Shown: positions 19,454 through 29,785 of the stretch, one piece after another
Layout of the letters: each line of letters opens with the position of its first letter
How positions within the stretch are numbered: the stretch's first letter is position 1
Assembly (NCBI RefSeq): GCF_000010065.1
Contig: NC_006576.1
Location: 210,001-242,000, forward strand
Source: Synechococcus elongatus PCC 6301
GTDB lineage: Bacteria > Cyanobacteriota > Cyanobacteriia > Synechococcales > Synechococcaceae
Length of the DNA stretch: 32,000 nt
Reading direction: 5' to 3'
Notes under the pieces: generated by a model
Told to the model about the DNA's origin: nothing
The model's input: only the letters and a program-made list of their open reading frames with translations
Database searches by the model: none
Program-made: the position numbers and the translations under genes

Positions 19454-19905
19454 GGCCCAAGACCGTGCACATTCTGATTGCAGATGATGATCAAGACGAT
19501 TGCTTGATGACACGGGAGGCCTTTAAAGAGTGCAGGATCGCCAACCCCCTCCACTTTGTCCATGATGGCGAAGCCCTCTTGGATTACCTCAAACGGCGCT
19601 CTCCCTATACTGATGACCAGCGTTTTCCTTTGCCGGGGCTCATTCTTCTCGATCTCAATATGCCGCTGAAAGATGGCCGCGAGGCACTCGCTGAGATCAA
19701 ATCCGATCCAGAATTACGATCAATTCCAGTCGTTATTTTAACGACCTCATCAGCTGACGAGGATATTTTGCACAGCTACAACATTGGTGTTAATTCTTTC
19801 ATCACGAAGCCTATTAGTTTCTCGGGCTTGATAGAGGTAATCTGCGCTTTGGGTCGTTACTGGCTAGATATCGTTGAGTTGCCAAGCGAGAACCGCGGAG
19901 CATGA
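19450..19905 (+). CDS. Stand-alone CheY/Rcp1-like response regulator
   Basis: VHILIADDDQDDCLMTREAFKE...LILLDLNMPLKDGREALAEIKSD...VVILTTSSADEDI...NSFITKPISF; acidic pocket, phosphoacceptor Asp, Thr and Lys present. ATGA overlap with the kinase stop. Confidence 0.95.
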   Translation: MRPKTVHILIADDDQDDCLMTREAFKECRIANPLHFVHDGEALLDYLKRRSPYTDDQRFPLPGLILLDLNMPLKDGREALAEIKSDPELRSIPVVILTTSSADEDILHSYNIGVNSFITKPISFSGLIEVICALGRYWLDIVELPSENRGA

Positions 19906-22691
19906 CCTATAGCGAAGTTCACTGGCGGTTGCTCTTGGTCGATGATGATGAGGATGATTTCATCATCACCCGTGACTTACTGCGCGATGCTCAACAGGCA
20001 CAGATCCAGTTGGACTGGTGCTCCGACTTCCAAGAAGCATTGGCAACAATGGGCCGCCAAGAGCATGACGTATATTTGGTGGACTATCGACTGGGTGCTG
20101 AATCAGGATTAGACCTGATTGACCAAGCAATTCAGGCTGGGATTACCCGACCTATTATTTTGCTGACGGGGCAGGGGAATGAACAGCTTGATGCCTCTGC
20201 AATTGAACTTGGGGCTGCCGATTATCTGGTCAAAGGACAGCTAGATTGTCAGCAATTGCTGCGCAGCATTCGCTATGCCATCGATCGCAATTTAGCAACG
20301 ACTCGTCTGGCGGAAAGTGAATCCCGTTATCGGTTGCTATTTGAAGCTAATCCAGAACCGATGTGGGTTTTTGCCAAACAAGGGTTGCAGTTTTTGGCGG
20401 TTAATCAAGCAGCTTCTCAATTTTTTGGCTACAGCCAGCAAGAATTTCTTGCCATGACGGTTTTAGATATCCAGAGTGAGGAGGAAAAAACACGTTTTTT
20501 GCAGTTTTTTGAATCGTTAATCTGCAATCAAATTGTTGATCCTGCTGTGGGAGTTTGGGCTTATCGACATAAACAGGGGCATCTAGTATTTGCTGATGTT
20601 CTCATCCATGACTTTGAGTTTGACAACCAACCCTGCTGCCTTATTTTAGCAATTGATATCACCGAAAAACAAGCTGCACGGGAGTTAGCCCATCAGCGCG
20701 AACAGGCTTTTCGGAAGCTACTGAATGACAATCGGGATCCACTACTAGTGATTTCAGGCGATCGCAGGATTTGCTATGCCAATCCTGCAGCCCAAAAATT
20801 ACTAAAGTTGAATTTAGAACAATTAGAATCTCAATCTTTAGATCTACCGCTACTGAGTGACAAGCTTACTGAGTGGGCCTTGACGTTGCCTGATGGCAGC
20901 GTAGCAGAGGTAGAGATTCATCGTTCAGAAACTGATTGGGAAGGACAGCCTGCAGACCTGCTCTCACTTCGAGATATTGCTGAGCGTAAGGCATCAGAAC
21001 AGCAGCTTCGTTTGCTCAAAGAAAGTCTCGAAGCGAGCTTCAACGGTGTTGTTATTGTAGATGCAATCGAACCTGACATGCCTGTGATCTATGTCAATCC
21101 AGCCTTTGAGCGAATCACGGGTTATTCTGAAGCTGAAATGCTAGGCAGAAACTGCAGAATATTACAAGGCAATGAGCGTGACTCTCTCCAAATTGAAGAA
21201 ATTCATCGCGGTCTCAGTCAGGCTGAAAATGTTCATGTAGTCATCCGTAATTTTCGAAAAGACGGCCAACCATTCTGGAATGATCTCTATATTTCGCCTA
21301 TTTTTAATGCACAAGGTAATGTCACTCATTTCATTGGAGTACAAAACGATATTACAGAGCAAAAACGCTACGAGGAAGAACTAAGCTTCAGTGCTAGCCA
21401 CGACGTTCTCACAGGTTTACCAAATCGTGCTGTGCTCGAAGACCGCTTACGGCAGGGTTGCAAGATGGCCCTTCGCCAAAAGCATAGCCTTGCCATCCTC
21501 TTCATTGACTTAGATGGATTCAAATTAATCAATGACTCTATTGGCCATCGCTCAGGTGACTTGCTACTTGTTGAAGTCGCTCAGCGCATGTGTGAACAAG
21601 TGCGGGCGGGTGACACAGTTGCACGTATCGGAGGAGACGAATTTATCATTCTTTTAGTTGATTTAAAACTTGAAAATGATGTTATTTCAATTGCCGATCG
21701 CCTACTTGCTAGTGTTGCTCGTCCCTATCATATTCAAGGAATTTATCTGCATGTAACGGCCAGTATGGGGATCACCCTGAGTGACGGTGATATTGAACAA
21801 CCCACTCAGTTGATCCAACAAGCTGATCTGGCAATGTACAAGGCTAAGCAAGAAGGTCGCAATAATTATCAGTGGTATACCAACGACCTAAACCTACGGC
21901 TACGCGAACGAGTTCATCTACGCAATGAGCTGCAAAAGGCAATTGAGACAGAAGCCTTTGAGTTGTACTTTCAGCCCAAAATAGAGGGTTGTAGTGGGCA
22001 AGTGATCGGTCTGGAAGCCTTGTTGCGTTGGCAACATCCCCAAATGGGATTTATTTCTCCTGCCACATTTGTACCGATCGCCGAGGATACTGGGCAAATA
22101 ATTCCCCTGAGCCAATGGGTTTTGGAGACTGCTTGTCGACAGCTCCGAGACTTATTACAGCAAGGAATAGCAGCCCCATCCGTAGCAGTTAATATCTCAA
22201 CCGTTCAATTTCGACGCATTAACTTCGTTAAGAGTGTTCAATCTGCTTTGCAAAAGTATCAGCTTAAGTCAGAACATTTAGAGATAGAGATTACTGAGAA
22301 TGTTTTGTTTGACAACACCGAGAAAGCGATCGAGAAATTGCAGCGACTCAAAGAATTAGGAGTAAATATTTCGATCGATGACTTTGGAACTGGATTTTCA
22401 AGTCTGAGCTACCTTAAAGAACTACCCATTGATACTGTCAAAATCGACCGCTCATTCGTCCAAGAGATCAACACTGACTCTCGTGATGCAGCTATCACCC
22501 AAGGAATCATTTCGATGGCTCACCACCTGCGACTCAATGTTGTTGCGGAAGGGGTTGAGACTGAGCAACAGTTCAAGTTTCTCCAGCAGAGCAACTGTGA
22601 CCAATACCAGGGCTATTATTTTGCCAAACCGATGCCCTTCGAAGCATTGAAGCAATATTTAATGGATGAAGCTGCGCGCGAACTTCCATAA
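19902..22691 (+). CDS. REC-PAS-PAS-GGDEF-EAL protein (diguanylate cyclase/phosphodiesterase)
   Basis: REC (LLLVDDDEDDFIITRDLL...DVYLVDYRLG...ADYLVKGQ), PAS x2, GGDEF (HDVLTGLPNRAVLEDRL ... ARIGGDEFIILLVDL), EAL (VIGLEALLRWQHP ... ISIDDFGTGFSSLSYLKELPIDTVKIDRSF ... GVETEQQ). ATGA overlap with the preceding gene. Confidence 0.95.
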   Translation: MTYSEVHWRLLLVDDDEDDFIITRDLLRDAQQAQIQLDWCSDFQEALATMGRQEHDVYLVDYRLGAESGLDLIDQAIQAGITRPIILLTGQGNEQLDASAIELGAADYLVKGQLDCQQLLRSIRYAIDRNLATTRLAESESRYRLLFEANPEPMWVFAKQGLQFLAVNQAASQFFGYSQQEFLAMTVLDIQSEEEKTRFLQFFESLICNQIVDPAVGVWAYRHKQGHLVFADVLIHDFEFDNQPCCLILAIDITEKQAARELAHQREQAFRKLLNDNRDPLLVISGDRRICYANPAAQKLLKLNLEQLESQSLDLPLLSDKLTEWALTLPDGSVAEVEIHRSETDWEGQPADLLSLRDIAERKASEQQLRLLKESLEASFNGVVIVDAIEPDMPVIYVNPAFERITGYSEAEMLGRNCRILQGNERDSLQIEEIHRGLSQAENVHVVIRNFRKDGQPFWNDLYISPIFNAQGNVTHFIGVQNDITEQKRYEEELSFSASHDVLTGLPNRAVLEDRLRQGCKMALRQKHSLAILFIDLDGFKLINDSIGHRSGDLLLVEVAQRMCEQVRAGDTVARIGGDEFIILLVDLKLENDVISIADRLLASVARPYHIQGIYLHVTASMGITLSDGDIEQPTQLIQQADLAMYKAKQEGRNNYQWYTNDLNLRLRERVHLRNELQKAIETEAFELYFQPKIEGCSGQVIGLEALLRWQHPQMGFISPATFVPIAEDTGQIIPLSQWVLETACRQLRDLLQQGIAAPSVAVNISTVQFRRINFVKSVQSALQKYQLKSEHLEIEITENVLFDNTEKAIEKLQRLKELGVNISIDDFGTGFSSLSYLKELPIDTVKIDRSFVQEINTDSRDAAITQGIISMAHHLRLNVVAEGVETEQQFKFLQQSNCDQYQGYYFAKPMPFEALKQYLMDEAARELP

Positions 22692-22716
22692 TTTTTGCTG
22701 AACACCTATCTTAGGG

Positions 22717-24213
22717 TCATTGGGCAGTACCCGAACTCTTTAGCGAAGCGGCAGTTGGCGCTCTTCTGGGGCGGAGCACTGAAATTACAGCACCCACCAA
22801 TCCTAGTGTTGCAGCCAATTGAAAAGCAGACCGCTGTGCACTCAAAAATGCCTCTAATTGAAACCCGCTCAGCCGCACGCCTGCTGCTCCTGCTAGAGCA
22901 TCTCCCGCACCAGCTGCACTGAGCCCTTGGGCTAGGAGTGTTGCTGCGATCGCTGCTCCAATCGCCTGCCCAAAGTTGCGTGATGTCGACAAGAATCCGT
23001 TAGCAACGCTGAGATTTTCCGGTGGGACCTGATTGAGCGTGGCTGTGTTGTTAGGGGGATTGAATAGACCGCCACCCATGCCTTGCAGTATCAACGGCGC
23101 AATGATTGCAGTCGAGGATGCGTTGGCGCCCAATGAGGACAAGCCGAGCAAGGCAACGCTAACGCAGAGCAGACCTATGGTGCTGAGAGTCCGAGCACTA
23201 AAGCGATTACCTAGGCGACCGATCGTTAAACTTGTAACCGTAATCGCCACTGAGAGCGGGATCAGCAGAACACCCGCCATAACCGGCGATAGCCCCAACA
23301 CGAGCTGAGCGTATAGGGGTAGGAAAAAGTAGCAGGATACTGCCGAAACAAAGTAAAAAGCAGCCGAAGCAGAGCCGCACGTAAATGCTCTAGATCGAAA
23401 TAGGCTGAGGTTTAGCAGAGGCTGCCGGACACGCTGTTCTACAAACACGAACAAAAGCAGCGCGACCACTCCTACCGCCAAGAGCAGCAAGCTGGAGGGG
23501 TTTAGCAAATTCTTTGAGAGTTCTTCAACGAAGATAAAGGGTGCACTTGTAGCCCCAATAGCAAGGAGAGCTCCTATCCAGTCCAATGATGCTCGGCCTT
23601 GAGTTCGGGAACGCAATTTTAGAATCCCTATGCTCAAGATCAGTCCGAGCAGGCTCACCAGCAGGATGATTAGAAAGAGCGATCGCCAGCCAAATTGAAC
23701 AATAAAGAGTCCGCCAAGAACCAGTCCTGTGACCTGAGAAAGAGCCAAGACCGAAGCATTAACAGCCATTGCCTTACGTTGATCTTGCTTGGGAAAGACA
23801 GCAGTGATTTCAGCCATCACGTTTGCTAAAACTAGCCCGCCACCAATGCCTTGAATGACTCGGCAAGCAATGAGTATCTTGACTGTCGGCGCCAGCATGC
23901 AGAGCCAAGCGCTGATGAAAATAACACTCATGCCGATAACAACGATGCGTTTACGGCCCCAAATATCCGCTAGTCGACCAGCGGGTAGCAGCGTCACCGT
24001 CACCGCGAGTAGGTAAGCAACAACCACCCATTTAAGAATGGGAAGGCCAACATCGAAATGACGCGCCATCGCAGGCAGGGCCAGGGTGACAATGAACCCA
24101 TCCATGTACACTACGAAGTTGCCGCATTCCACTGCTGCTAACGCCCACCAACAGTGATTCTCACCTTGGGTACCGCTCCAAAAATCCCGGATTTTTTGAA
24201 TGATTTGATTCAT
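22717..24213 (-). CDS. MFS transporter, DHA2/EmrB-QacA-type drug-efflux-like
   Basis: 498 aa, many TM helices; ECGNFVVYMDGFIVTLALPAMARHF, GRLADIWGRKRIVVIG, RVIQGIGGGLVLANVMAEITAVFP, ASVLALSQVTGLVLGGLFI. Confidence 0.9.
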   Translation of the reverse strand: MNQIIQKIRDFWSGTQGENHCWWALAAVECGNFVVYMDGFIVTLALPAMARHFDVGLPILKWVVVAYLLAVTVTLLPAGRLADIWGRKRIVVIGMSVIFISAWLCMLAPTVKILIACRVIQGIGGGLVLANVMAEITAVFPKQDQRKAMAVNASVLALSQVTGLVLGGLFIVQFGWRSLFLIILLVSLLGLILSIGILKLRSRTQGRASLDWIGALLAIGATSAPFIFVEELSKNLLNPSSLLLLAVGVVALLLFVFVEQRVRQPLLNLSLFRSRAFTCGSASAAFYFVSAVSCYFFLPLYAQLVLGLSPVMAGVLLIPLSVAITVTSLTIGRLGNRFSARTLSTIGLLCVSVALLGLSSLGANASSTAIIAPLILQGMGGGLFNPPNNTATLNQVPPENLSVANGFLSTSRNFGQAIGAAIAATLLAQGLSAAGAGDALAGAAGVRLSGFQLEAFLSAQRSAFQLAATLGLVGAVISVLRPRRAPTAASLKSSGTAQ

Positions 24214-24719
24214 GGTGAGTGATGATTGGATGATGGACTTTGCAAATCGTGCAAGAGCGGCTACGACAGAAAAAGCGTAGGCAACTTAGAACAATAAAAC
24301 CTCCAAGCTCTTTAGTTATTGAATTGCTATCAAGAACTAAAATACTGAGATTTCGTAGCGAATATAACTAACCCAAAGCTAGCCACTTTAACTATCTAGC
24401 AACCCTAACTCTTACCAACAAACTGGAAGAAATTTCTTCAGAAAGATCTCGTGCTTGGTCGTAGTCATTGCTCTATCAGCAACAAGGAGCTTCACTGCGT
24501 CAGGCCCAACAGGCTGCCCCGATCCTCAGACTTCACCAGGATGGAATGAGGATTCTCGAACCGCTGCGATCGCTAGACATAGCAGTTCTTCGTTTTGAAG
24601 AGAGCTCAGTTATCGATGACGACTGGTCCCGCTGGAGTCAGCCAAGGATTTCGGCATGGAGGATGCGATCCCTGAGCAGGCAGGGACTGAGGATGTGTCG
24701 CCTAGTCGTGGTGTGGAAA

Positions 24720-25445
24720 TTACAACTGGGTGAGGCTGAAGCGATCGCTGACAGCAACGAGACCAAACAGGGCATCAACGAGAAGAGTACCGAGCAGGGC
24801 ACCCGCAAAGGCCCAATGGGCAGGATGGGTGCGGCGCAACGCCCAAATGCCAGCTCCGCAGAGGAGTGAGATCAAGGCGATCGCCCCAATAAGAGCGTTG
24901 GGTGTTTGCAAACAGGCGATCGCTTGCTGAGCAAGGGGCAGAGCTTCCGCAGGGGTACTACGAGCGATTTCGCGCCAGAACGGTACTGCACCAATCCAGT
25001 AGAAGTAACCGTCGGTGATCGCTGTCCCAATCAAAGAACCCAGGTAGAAGCCATGACCGACCAGGCCTTGCTGGCGGCGTAAACCTGCAATCACAAAGGG
25101 CAGGGCGATCGCTTCAACGGGTAAATGAAGATAGGGCTCCCAACGCAACCAGCCCCAGTAAATCGAACCCGCCAGCCAGCTCCAAGCGAACCCCTGGAGT
25201 AAGTCTCCCCAGCCCTGCCAGCGCGACTGGCGCTGCAATAGGCCTGCGATCGCGAACCAGAGCACACTGATCAGCAAACTGGCTTCGGGACAAACTCGAA
25301 CTAAGGGAGCTTGAACGAAAACAGGGACGGAGACCAGAAAGGTTGCGGCCCAAAGTTTTGTCCAAGGGCGCGGCGCAGCCAAAACCATGTCCCGTGACAG
25401 CAGCCGGACAAGGGTATCGGCAGGTGGACGGGACGTGACAACCAA
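24720..25445 (-). CDS. Integral membrane protein, DUF3120-like cyanobacterial/plastid family
   Basis: 241 aa polytopic; QGFAWSWLAGSIYWGWLRWEPYLHLPVEAIALPFVI, VGHGFYLGSLIGTAITDGYFYWIGAVPFWREI. Family name from recall, needs Pfam check. Confidence 0.7.
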   Translation of the reverse strand: MVVTSRPPADTLVRLLSRDMVLAAPRPWTKLWAATFLVSVPVFVQAPLVRVCPEASLLISVLWFAIAGLLQRQSRWQGWGDLLQGFAWSWLAGSIYWGWLRWEPYLHLPVEAIALPFVIAGLRRQQGLVGHGFYLGSLIGTAITDGYFYWIGAVPFWREIARSTPAEALPLAQQAIACLQTPNALIGAIALISLLCGAGIWALRRTHPAHWAFAGALLGTLLVDALFGLVAVSDRFSLTQL

Positions 25446-25637
25446 GGGAAGCAGACGCCTTCTAAGAAACTTTATTTTTATTCACATTAGCAGAGATTAT
25501 CGCGACGAAAAGACCCACCAGAGCGTCTTTGGGACTGAGCCTTGTCCGAGGCGATCGCCTCGGACTGTCATCGCAGATCAATCAACTACCTGCAGGAATT
25601 GTGCTCTAGGAGCGATCGATTGCTCCAACCGCGCTTC

Positions 25638-27608
25638 CTAAGTGCCTTGACGCAGCTTATCGAGCACCGAGCGATCTTCCAAGGTGGAAGTGTCGCCCGA
25701 AACTTCTTGACCAGCGGCGAGACTGCGCAACAGACGGCGCATAATCTTGCCCGATCGCGTTTTGGGCAGCGCCTCACTGAAGCGAATTTCATCGGGACGA
25801 GCGATCGCGCCAATTTCTTGGGCGACGTGTTTCTTCAGGTCTTTAACTAACTCATCGCCAGTCTCAATGCCCGATTCCAGCGTGATGAAAGCAACAATGC
25901 CTTCACCTTTGAGATCGTCAGGCCGACCGACAACTGCAGCTTCGGCAACTGCCGGATGGGAGACCAAGGCCGACTCAATTTCCATCGTGCCGAGACGGTG
26001 ACCTGAGACATTGATCACGTCATCGACGCGCCCCATCACCCAGAAATAGCCATCGGCATCGCGGCGCGCGCCATCGCCGGCGAAGTAGAGATACTGGCCA
26101 TTTTGCGGAGGAATATGCTCCCAATAGGTGCGACGGAAGCGATCGGGATCGCCGTAGACCGTGCGCATCATGCCTGGCCAAGGATGGCGAATCACCAAGT
26201 AGCCACCTTCGTTATCCGGCACCGATCGCCCATCCAGATCGACAACGTCTGCCAAGATGCCCGGGAAAGGTTTAGTGGCAGAGCCCGGTTTGGTCGGCAC
26301 GGCTCCCGGCAGCGACGTAATCATATGGCCGCCCGTTTCGGTCTGCCACCAGGTATCGACAATCGGGCAGCGATCGCCACCAATGACGCGGTGATACCAG
26401 ATCCAAGCTTCGGGATTGATGGGCTCTCCGACGGTGCCCAACAGTCGCAATGAGGAGAGGTCGCGAGCGGCGGGATGCTGCTCACCCATTTTGATGAAGG
26501 CGCGGATCGCTGTTGGGGCTGTGTAGAAGGTCGTAACGCCATACTTTTCAATCACATCCCAGAAGCAACCGGGATTAGAAGCGCGGGGGGCACCCTCATA
26601 CATCAGTGTGGTCGCACCGTTGGAGAGCGGCCCGTAGACGATGTAGCTGTGACCGGTAATCCAGCCGACGTCCGCCGTACACCAGTAGACATCGGTATCC
26701 TGCAGGTCAAAAGTCCACTGGGTGGTGATGTGGGCGTAGAGGTTGTAACCGCCGGTGGTGTGGACGACACCCTTGGGTTTGCCGGTGCTACCGGAGGTGT
26801 AGAGCACGAAGAGCAGATCTTCGCTGTCCATCGGCTCCGCCGGACAGGTAGCGCTGACGGTCTGTTGCAGCTCATGCCACCAATGGTCGCGCCCCGGTTC
26901 CATGTGGATGTCTTGCTTCGTCCGTTCCACCACGAGGACATGCTGGACGCTGGGGCAGGCATTGCCTTCCAGGGCTTGATCAACAGAATCCTTGAGGGGC
27001 ACGATCGCATCTTTGCGCCAGCCACCATCCGCCGTGACAACCAGCTTGGCTTGGCCATCCACCAAGCGATCGCGCAGTGCTTCCGCACTAAAGCCCCCAA
27101 AGACAACGCTATGCACTGCGCCAATCCGCGCACAGGCCAGCATGGCGATCGCCGCTTCGGGAATCATCGGCATGTAAACGCCAACGACATCACCTTTTTG
27201 AATGCCCAAGGATTTGAGCACGTTGGCGAACTGACAGACCTCGCGATGCAGTTGCGCGTAGGTCAGCGTCCGTGAGTCACCGGGTTCGCCTTCCCAGATA
27301 ATCGCCGCTTTATTTTTGCGCCAAGTCGTCAAGTGGCGATCGAGGCAGTTGTGGGAAATATTGAGTTTGCCACCGACAAACCACTTCGCAAACGGCGGAT
27401 TGCTCCAGTCCAGCGTCTGTTGCCAAGGCTCAAACCAGTCCAGCTCCTGAGCTGCCAATTCGCCCCAAAAAGCCACCGGATCGGCCGCCGCTTTCTGGCA
27501 GAGCGCTTCGTACGCTTCGGGATTGATTCGCGCCGCACTGGCAAATTCTGCCGAGGGAGGAAAAACCCGCTTCTCTTGGAGGATCGACTCGATCGTTGGC
27601 TGGCTCAT
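25638..27608 (-). CDS. acs: Acetyl-CoA synthetase
   Basis: 656 aa; [24 protein letters not shown] (AMP-binding), [56 protein letters not shown]-terminal [11 protein letters not shown] (acetylatable Lys motif). Confidence 0.97.
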   Translation of the reverse strand: MSQPTIESILQEKRVFPPSAEFASAARINPEAYEALCQKAAADPVAFWGELAAQELDWFEPWQQTLDWSNPPFAKWFVGGKLNISHNCLDRHLTTWRKNKAAIIWEGEPGDSRTLTYAQLHREVCQFANVLKSLGIQKGDVVGVYMPMIPEAAIAMLACARIGAVHSVVFGGFSAEALRDRLVDGQAKLVVTADGGWRKDAIVPLKDSVDQALEGNACPSVQHVLVVERTKQDIHMEPGRDHWWHELQQTVSATCPAEPMDSEDLLFVLYTSGSTGKPKGVVHTTGGYNLYAHITTQWTFDLQDTDVYWCTADVGWITGHSYIVYGPLSNGATTLMYEGAPRASNPGCFWDVIEKYGVTTFYTAPTAIRAFIKMGEQHPAARDLSSLRLLGTVGEPINPEAWIWYHRVIGGDRCPIVDTWWQTETGGHMITSLPGAVPTKPGSATKPFPGILADVVDLDGRSVPDNEGGYLVIRHPWPGMMRTVYGDPDRFRRTYWEHIPPQNGQYLYFAGDGARRDADGYFWVMGRVDDVINVSGHRLGTMEIESALVSHPAVAEAAVVGRPDDLKGEGIVAFITLESGIETGDELVKDLKKHVAQEIGAIARPDEIRFSEALPKTRSGKIMRRLLRSLAAGQEVSGDTSTLEDRSVLDKLRQGT

Positions 27609-27721
27609 GGGAAGTGGCTGAAACGTGCTTGAATACGGGCGAGAAGGCGCGATCGCCCCCTGAAAACCATACCCAATCCCTTTGGGGGACGGGTAGGCAC
27701 GTAGTGTTTTTTGACAGACCC

Positions 27722-28414
27722 ATGCCCCAAGCCGTTATTTACGATCTCGATGGTCTGCTGCTAGACACGGAGCCGATCCACGCCCAGGTCTACGACGAAG
27801 TTGCTCAGCAGTTTGGTGTTCAGCTCGATCCCGCCTTTCAGGCCAAATTGCGCGGTCGTCCCTCCCGTGAGACTTCACGCTTGATTGTGGAAACCCTCAA
27901 TCTCCCCGTGACGCCGGCGGAGTTTCTGGCGATTCGCAAACCGATCATCGAAGCGCGAGTCGCCCAATCGCCAGCCCGTCCGGGTGCTGCGGAATTGGTG
28001 CAGGCGTTGCATCAGCGGCAGTTTCCCCAAGCGATCGCCACCAGTTCGACCCAACCGGCATTTGCGATCAAAACCCAGCAGCACCAGCATTGGTTTCGGC
28101 TGATCGAGACTGTTGTTTGCGGCGATGACCCGCAACTGGAACGGCCCAAACCTGCGCCGGATATTTTTTGGCTGGCGGCCAAGCGCCTTGGGGTCAAACC
28201 CGAAGCCTGTTTGGTCTTCGAAGATTCCGTCAGTGGCGTACGGGCAGCCCTGGAGGCGGGGATGACAGTTATCGCTGTGCCTGATCCTGCCGATCGCGAT
28301 CGCTTGCCCTCGGAAGTGCACTACTGCTTAGAAAGTTTGGCCGACCTCTTGGACCGCGATCGCTATCCTGACCTCTTAGCGGACTTGACGGCCCTACCGG
28401 CTTTGCCTCGATAG
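27722..28414 (+). CDS. HAD-superfamily hydrolase (beta-phosphoglucomutase/GS1-like)
   Basis: [19 protein letters not shown] (DxDG motif), [48 protein letters not shown]. Start at 27722; the listed ORF begins at 27596. Confidence 0.92.
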   Translation: MPQAVIYDLDGLLLDTEPIHAQVYDEVAQQFGVQLDPAFQAKLRGRPSRETSRLIVETLNLPVTPAEFLAIRKPIIEARVAQSPARPGAAELVQALHQRQFPQAIATSSTQPAFAIKTQQHQHWFRLIETVVCGDDPQLERPKPAPDIFWLAAKRLGVKPEACLVFEDSVSGVRAALEAGMTVIAVPDPADRDRLPSEVHYCLESLADLLDRDRYPDLLADLTALPALPR

Positions 28415-28417
28415 CAG

Positions 28418-28750
28418 ATGCGGCGTCAATTCAGAGGCATGGAGATGGATCTGCGATCGCAACTGTTGGCTTGGCAAGTAGTCCTGATAGCCGAGGCGCC
28501 GGATTGGACGGCGATCCAACAGCAGGGCCAAGCAATCACTCAGACCCTTGCGCAGACCGAGGGCGATCGCTACCTCACCTATCGACTTGAAATTGAGAAG
28601 CACCTGCGGCTCTTACAGCTGGATCTCAGCTTTTGGCAGCGCAGCCGCGCTTCCCAGAGCCAACATGTCCGGGTTGCAGCTCTACAGCAACGTCAGCAAA
28701 CCCTCATCCGCTACTGTGAAGCAGTGCTTACTGCGATCGCCCAGGCATGA
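28418..28750 (+). CDS. Small conserved-looking helical protein, possibly PatD-family-like
   Basis: 110 aa; YLTYRLEIEKHLRLLQLDLSFWQRSRASQSQHVRVAALQQRQQTLIRYCEAVL resembles my recall of PatD (heterocyst-frequency) family proteins. ATGA overlap with the next gene. Confidence 0.55.
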   Translation: MRRQFRGMEMDLRSQLLAWQVVLIAEAPDWTAIQQQGQAITQTLAQTEGDRYLTYRLEIEKHLRLLQLDLSFWQRSRASQSQHVRVAALQQRQQTLIRYCEAVLTAIAQA

Positions 28751-29433
28751 CGCGCTACTTCTACCTGCATGGTTTTGCCTCGGGGCCAGAATCGGCTAAG
28801 GCCAAGTATTTACGCGGCTGCTTTCAGCGGCTAGGCCTAGAGCTGATCTGCCCAGACTTTAACGAGCCCGACTTTTCCAGCCTGACCTTCAGTCGTCAAG
28901 TAGCCCAAGTCGAAGCGCAACTGACCGATGAGCCGACGATCGTGATTGGATCTAGTCTGGGCGGACTGACGGCTGCTTGGCTAGGGCAGCGCAATCCCCA
29001 GATCCAGAAGCTCGTTTTGCTTGCACCGGCTTTTGAATTTCTGGCTCAGTGGTTGCCGCGTATGGATGACTCCGCTCTAGCGCAGTGGCAGCAAGCAGGG
29101 TTTCGTCCGGTTTACCATTGGCGCGATCGCGATTTTCGTCCTCTTCATTGGCAATTTGTGGAAGACCTGCATCGCTGGCAAGATCAAGATTTAAAGCGAT
29201 CGCTGCCCACCTTGATCCTGCATGGCACGGCGGATGAAGTGATCGATTTTGCCGCGAGCGAGCGATTTGCCGTCCAGCGGCCTTGGGTGACGCTGCAAGC
29301 GCTGACCAGTGATCATGCCTTGGGCAATGTCAGTTCGCAAATTTGGCGCGCCTGCCGGCAGTTTGCCGAACTTTCCGTCTGCGATCGCGGAGCGTTGAGT
29401 CAGAAGAGCATTCCGGGCAATCGCCTATCCTGA
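28747..29433 (+). CDS. YqiA/UPF0227-like alpha/beta-hydrolase (esterase)
   Basis: TRYFYLHGFASGPESAKAKYL, nucleophile elbow VIGSSLGGLTAAWLG, LPTLILHGTADEVIDF, DHALGN. Confidence 0.88.
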   Translation: MTRYFYLHGFASGPESAKAKYLRGCFQRLGLELICPDFNEPDFSSLTFSRQVAQVEAQLTDEPTIVIGSSLGGLTAAWLGQRNPQIQKLVLLAPAFEFLAQWLPRMDDSALAQWQQAGFRPVYHWRDRDFRPLHWQFVEDLHRWQDQDLKRSLPTLILHGTADEVIDFAASERFAVQRPWVTLQALTSDHALGNVSSQIWRACRQFAELSVCDRGALSQKSIPGNRLS

Positions 29434-29468
29434 GGGGCAGTGACCATCTTCAGAATGTCCTGTACGGT

Positions 29469-29768
29469 ATGACATCCTCGCCACTCACGGATCCGCCTAA
29501 CAACGCCTTCGCGACAGAAATCGAGGCTTTCATTCAGCAGATGGCTCCTCAAGAAGGTCCAGGGATTGTGCTCTGTCGGGGTCATGAACTCTACTACTTC
29601 AACGCTGCTGCGATCGCCCGCTGTCCCGACCCTGCCCTACGGGAAGATATGGCCAGCAGTCTGGCTGATCTCGATTTCGCAGCGGAATATCTGGTGGGCT
29701 GGTTGGACGGACAGAGCTATCAACTCCAGCGCTGCACTTGGTCTCATCCGGTCAGCGATCGGGACTAA
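29469..29768 (+). CDS. Hypothetical protein
   Basis: 99 aa from the ATG at 29469 ([81 protein letters not shown]); protein-like composition; the listed ORF starts upstream at 29343. Confidence 0.6.
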   Translation: MTSSPLTDPPNNAFATEIEAFIQQMAPQEGPGIVLCRGHELYYFNAAAIARCPDPALREDMASSLADLDFAAEYLVGWLDGQSYQLQRCTWSHPVSDRD

Positions 29769-29785
29769 ACCCATTTCCCCCAATC

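Noticed and set aside
24468-24869. 133-aa plus-strand ORF as a functional gene
   Set aside because: Needs a TTG start just after a stop, overlaps the 3' end of the better supported DUF3120-like gene, and shows no recognised domain; kept only as a possible relic in the findings.
26475-27275. 266-aa plus-strand ORF inside acs
   Set aside because: Fully antisense to the convincing acs reading frame; low-complexity Arg/Gly/His-rich translation typical of shadow ORFs in high-GC coding DNA.
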